DNA of 64,000 nucleotides, from positions 9,238,001-9,302,000 of the forward strand of contig JBHGNT010000015.1 in assembly GCA_043228905.1 (NCBI GenBank), given 5' to 3'. Positions 60,384 through 64,000 of the stretch are shown here, piece by piece. The notes beneath the pieces were generated by a model that was not told the DNA's origin, ran no database searches, and worked only from the letters and a program-made list of their open reading frames with translations. The stretch is from Azolla caroliniana. Taxonomy: Eukaryota; Plantae; Polypodiophyta. Position numbers and translations under genes: made by a program. Position 1 is the first letter of the stretch. Every line of letters begins with the position of its first letter.

Positions 60384-60665
60384 CTCCCCCTCAAGCTCAA
60401 CCTGAGGTAGGGTCGTAGTGTCAACCTCTGTGGCGGCCGGTTCTTCCAACCGACTTCTCCTGGCGTCGCTTCGCCTTGCTTGCGCTCCTTGTCCGGTCTG
60501 GTCCCGTTTGCCGCGACCCCTTTGGTTCTGCGCGCCTTGACCTTCGGCATGTCTGCTCAATAGGCCCATCTAAGCTCCTTCGCTACTATGACTCCAACGC
60601 TTGCCGATCCGTCGGTTCCTCCGCGATGGCATCGACTTCCGCTGCGTCCGTGTCTCCTTGGCCTC

Positions 60666-62941
60666 TCATTGATCCGACTCATCTGGATCCGTCTGTTGAT
60701 CCGAATCGGCTGTCTCCGACTCATTCCAGCTCTTGTCTGAATCGGTATCCTCCGATTCGATTTTCAGCTTCAGGCCTCTCACCACATCGGACCACGTTCG
60801 GGTCTTGGCCTTCTCCGTGCTTCCCTTGGCTTCTTCAGCCGGTTCACCAAAGTCAAATTCTTCATTCGACTCCGCATCATGGCCATTACGATTGTGATGA
60901 CCTTCGCATAGCATGCACTTCTCTTTCTGAGTGTACACTTCTTCTTCACAGCCGCTCACTCCGACCTGTTCGGATGTGCCGACTTCCTTCGTCGACTCGG
61001 CTTCATTTTTCTTCTTGTCTCCACCTCTACCAGTTCTTCTCTTACCTACGGGTTCAACAGTTTTTTTGCCTTTGCCCGTTTCGGTAGTTTCTTTGCCCTT
61101 GCGTCTCCCCCTCAAGTGCGGCACGTTGAGATGCTGAACACCAAGCATTTCAGTAAAGTGCTGCAACTTGTCCGACCTGAGTGGCTTGGTGAAGATGTCG
61201 GCAACTTGCCGATCCATGTGAACATACCGTAGTTCAACTTCACCGCTCAGGACCCGCTCACGCACGAAGTGATAATGCACTTCTATGTGCTTTGTGCGAG
61301 CATGGAGCACAAGGTTCTTGGCGAGTTGCATGCTGCTGAGGTTATCGCAGTAGATCAAGATCGGGGTCGGTACCTCGATCCGCAGGACTTGTAGTAGTCG
61401 CGAAGCCAAATGGCTTCGCAGGAGGCAACGGTCGCGCCCCGGTATTCAGCCTCAGTGTTGGATATTGCCACCGTTGGCTGCTTTTTGCTGCTCCATGCAA
61501 CAGCCGCGCTCCCAAGAGAAAACATAAAGCCAGAAGTTGAGCGACGATCCTTTGCATCGCCAGCCCAGTTGGCATCTGTGTAGCCGACAAGCTCTTCGGT
61601 TATACCTTGCCGGTATAAGAGCCCCCGGTCCTTAGTGCCGCTTACATACCTAAGTATTCGTTGCGCGCACTGAAGGTGCTCCACAGTCGGCTTCTGCATG
61701 AATTGGCTTACCACTCCGATCGGATAGCTAATGTCGGGTCGGGTGATGGTCAAGTAGATCAGGCTTCCGACTATTTGTCGGAACCGTTTCTCATCACAAG
61801 CTGGTTCGGAGTTGGGACGGATCTTCTGATTCCGGTCCAGGGGAGTGGAGATAGGTCGGCATTTCGTCATGCCGAACTTGTACAGTATATTCAACACATA
61901 ATGGCGTTGAGAAAGCAATATGTTGTCGGGGGTGCGGATCACCTCGATCCCCAAAAAATAATGAAGGTCCCCCAAGTCCTTCATATCGAATGCGTCCGAC
62001 AACTGGGACTTGATGCGGTTGATTTCCGGAAGACCTGGGCCGGTGATGACTAAATCATCAACATAGAGTAAGATACATACCAGACCGTTTGAGCCTTGAT
62101 GGATGAGCAGGGAAGAGTCCGACTTAGAGGCAACAAACCCCATCTTTCGCAACCGATGCGTGATCTTAGCATTCCAAGCACGGGGGGCTTGCTTCAAGCC
62201 GTACAACGACTCCCTCAGCCGGCATACCGCCGATTTGTTCACCTCCGACTGAAATCTGGGGGGCTGAGTCATAAAGACTTCTTCTTCAAGATCTCCTTGA
62301 AGGAAGGAATTCTTCACATCCATCTGATGAAGATGCCACCCCTTGGCCGGAGCAACCGCCAGTACCACACGAACTGTTGTCATCTTCACTACAGGAGCGA
62401 AGGTCTCGTCGTAGTCGATTCCGTGGGTCTGGGCATATCCCTTCGCCACTAATCGGGCCTTGTACCGGTTAACTGTACCGTCGCCATTGTACTTTACCTT
62501 GTACACCCACTTTCATCCGATCGGTTTACAGTGACGGGGAGGGTCAACCAGGTCTCAAGTTCCGTTGGCATCCAGTGCCCGCATTTCTTCCTCCATAGCG
62601 GCACGCCAATTTGCATCCTTTGCCGCTTCTGCGTAGCTCTCCGGCTCACTCACTTCCGCGACCTTGGTCATGTACGTATAATGATGCACCATGTACTCGT
62701 TATACCCGTACCGTTTAACGGGATCCTTCTGGCGGGTGGACCGGCGTAACTCACCGTTACCCGGTATGAGACCCTTCTTGGCCGGTTCGGTCTTCGTTCC
62801 CGAAGATCTGCCTATGTCCTTGCCGAAGTCAGATACGCACCGATCCGACTCATCATTGCCGGTCTCGAATTCTGGCATCTTCTGCTTCCCTTTCTCTTTG
62901 CGTGTGAACCGTCTCCTCGGTTCCTTGCGCGGGGAGAGCAC
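60666..62941 (-). pseudogene. Element F RT/RNase H, frameshifted
   Basis: RYKARLVAKGY, LYGLKQAPRAW, YVDD, HARTKHIEVHYHFVRE. Confidence 0.92.
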
Positions 62942-62996
62942 GATAGAGTCTCCACTACTCGCCGTCTCATCATCCGACTGGTTGGACTGATCCAGT

Positions 62997-63833
62997 TGTT
63001 AGGAAACATGTCCCTCCGGATGGGAAGTGAGGAGACCAGTACTGATGAGCAAACTCGGCTGTGGAAGACCCGACTACGGAAGACCCGGTGAGAACCGGAT
63101 GACAAGTACTCGGCAACGGAAGACCCGACTACGGAAGACCCGGTGAGAACCGGATGACAAGTACCCGGCAACGGAATACCCGGTGAGAACCGGATGAGGA
63201 GTACCCGGCAAGAGCCGGATGGTGAAGACCCGGTGAGAACTGGATGTGGTGTACCCGGCAAGCGCCGAATGAGGAGTACCCAGCTACGGAGGACCCGGTG
63301 AGAACCGAATGAGGAGTACCCGGCAAGAGCCGGATGGTGAAGGGCCGGTGAGAAGTGCTCACCGGATGAAGGGACATATTTGTAAATATGTTTCTGAGAG
63401 TCCATCGGGGCTATATTTGTAAATAGCTGAAAAGTCATATTAGTATAAATATGACTTAGGGCAAACCCTTCGTAGAGTTGTTGTTGTCATTCTTGTTGGT
63501 GCAAGACTAGAGAGCGCGTAACTGTGTACAGAGAGAGAGAGAGAGAGAGAGAGAGGAAGAGGTCGTTGCCTCTGTTGTAACCACCGCTTGTGGCGAAGAT
63601 CATGAGCACGAGGTCGTTGCCTCCGTGAGCTCACTGTTGTAATCATTGTGATATAGTGATAGTTAACAGTCAGTGGACTGTCGTGGTTTTTCCATCTCAG
63701 GGTTTTCCACGTTAAACATCCTGTGTACTCTTCTCTCTATCGTGTTGTGCTTTCATTCCCTGTTTATTTCTGTGTTTTATTCTAGGCTCGGTTGTGGCCG
63801 AGCGTTGTTCATCTGAGCGTGTAGTTCCTGTCA
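62997..63833 (+). mobile_element. Solo LTR of the Tork-like family inserted in F
   Basis: TG...CA, TSD CCAGT (62992-62996 / 63834-63838); similar to the reverse complement of 3029-4329. Confidence 0.92.
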
Positions 63834-64000
63834 CCAGTCTCTCATTCGGTCTGCTTAACCGGAACGATTCCGGACTCTCATCTTGAGTCCTGGCTTCATC
63901 TTTCTCTACCTGGGCCGGTTCGGGCTCACTAGCCCTATCCTCCGACATCGGGTCGGGATCGGAAGTCGGAGTTGGTAAGGAATACGACGATGCCGATTCA

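Larger units (their letters stand above)
59960..64000 (-). mobile_element. Element F: Copia, 3' part (continues right of window), inserted in B RT
   Basis: 3' LTR 59960-60383, PPT TGAGGGGGAG adjacent, RT and RNase H ORFs. Confidence 0.92.

Overview
Repeat-dense plant nuclear DNA; a non-seed plant such as a fern is my inference from the TE types. There is one host gene, an intronless OVATE-family protein (11176-13134, +). The rest is nested transposons. Left stack: an L1 LINE ORF1 interrupted by a Copia, which holds a non-autonomous LTR element A (531-5329), which holds a solo LTR. Middle: a hAT deletion derivative, a tiny MITE and a full-length L1 with a 12-bp TSD. Right stack: a tRNA-Trp-primed Gypsy B containing Gypsy C (33356-57644, TSD TGAAT); C contains Gypsy D (34785-44675, TSD GTCCA) and a Tnt1-like Copia E; B also contains Copia F, which holds another solo LTR. 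Main observation: three elements with dissimilar LTRs (A, C, D) have no polypurine tract next to the 3' LTR. They carry a second, oppositely oriented, bipartite tRNA-Arg binding site there, split by a small hairpin with compensatory changes. This suggests both DNA strands may be tRNA-primed. C and D also share a ~900-aa coiled-coil extra ORF downstream of pol. tRNA identities rest on plant tRNA sequences recalled from memory and need a database check.
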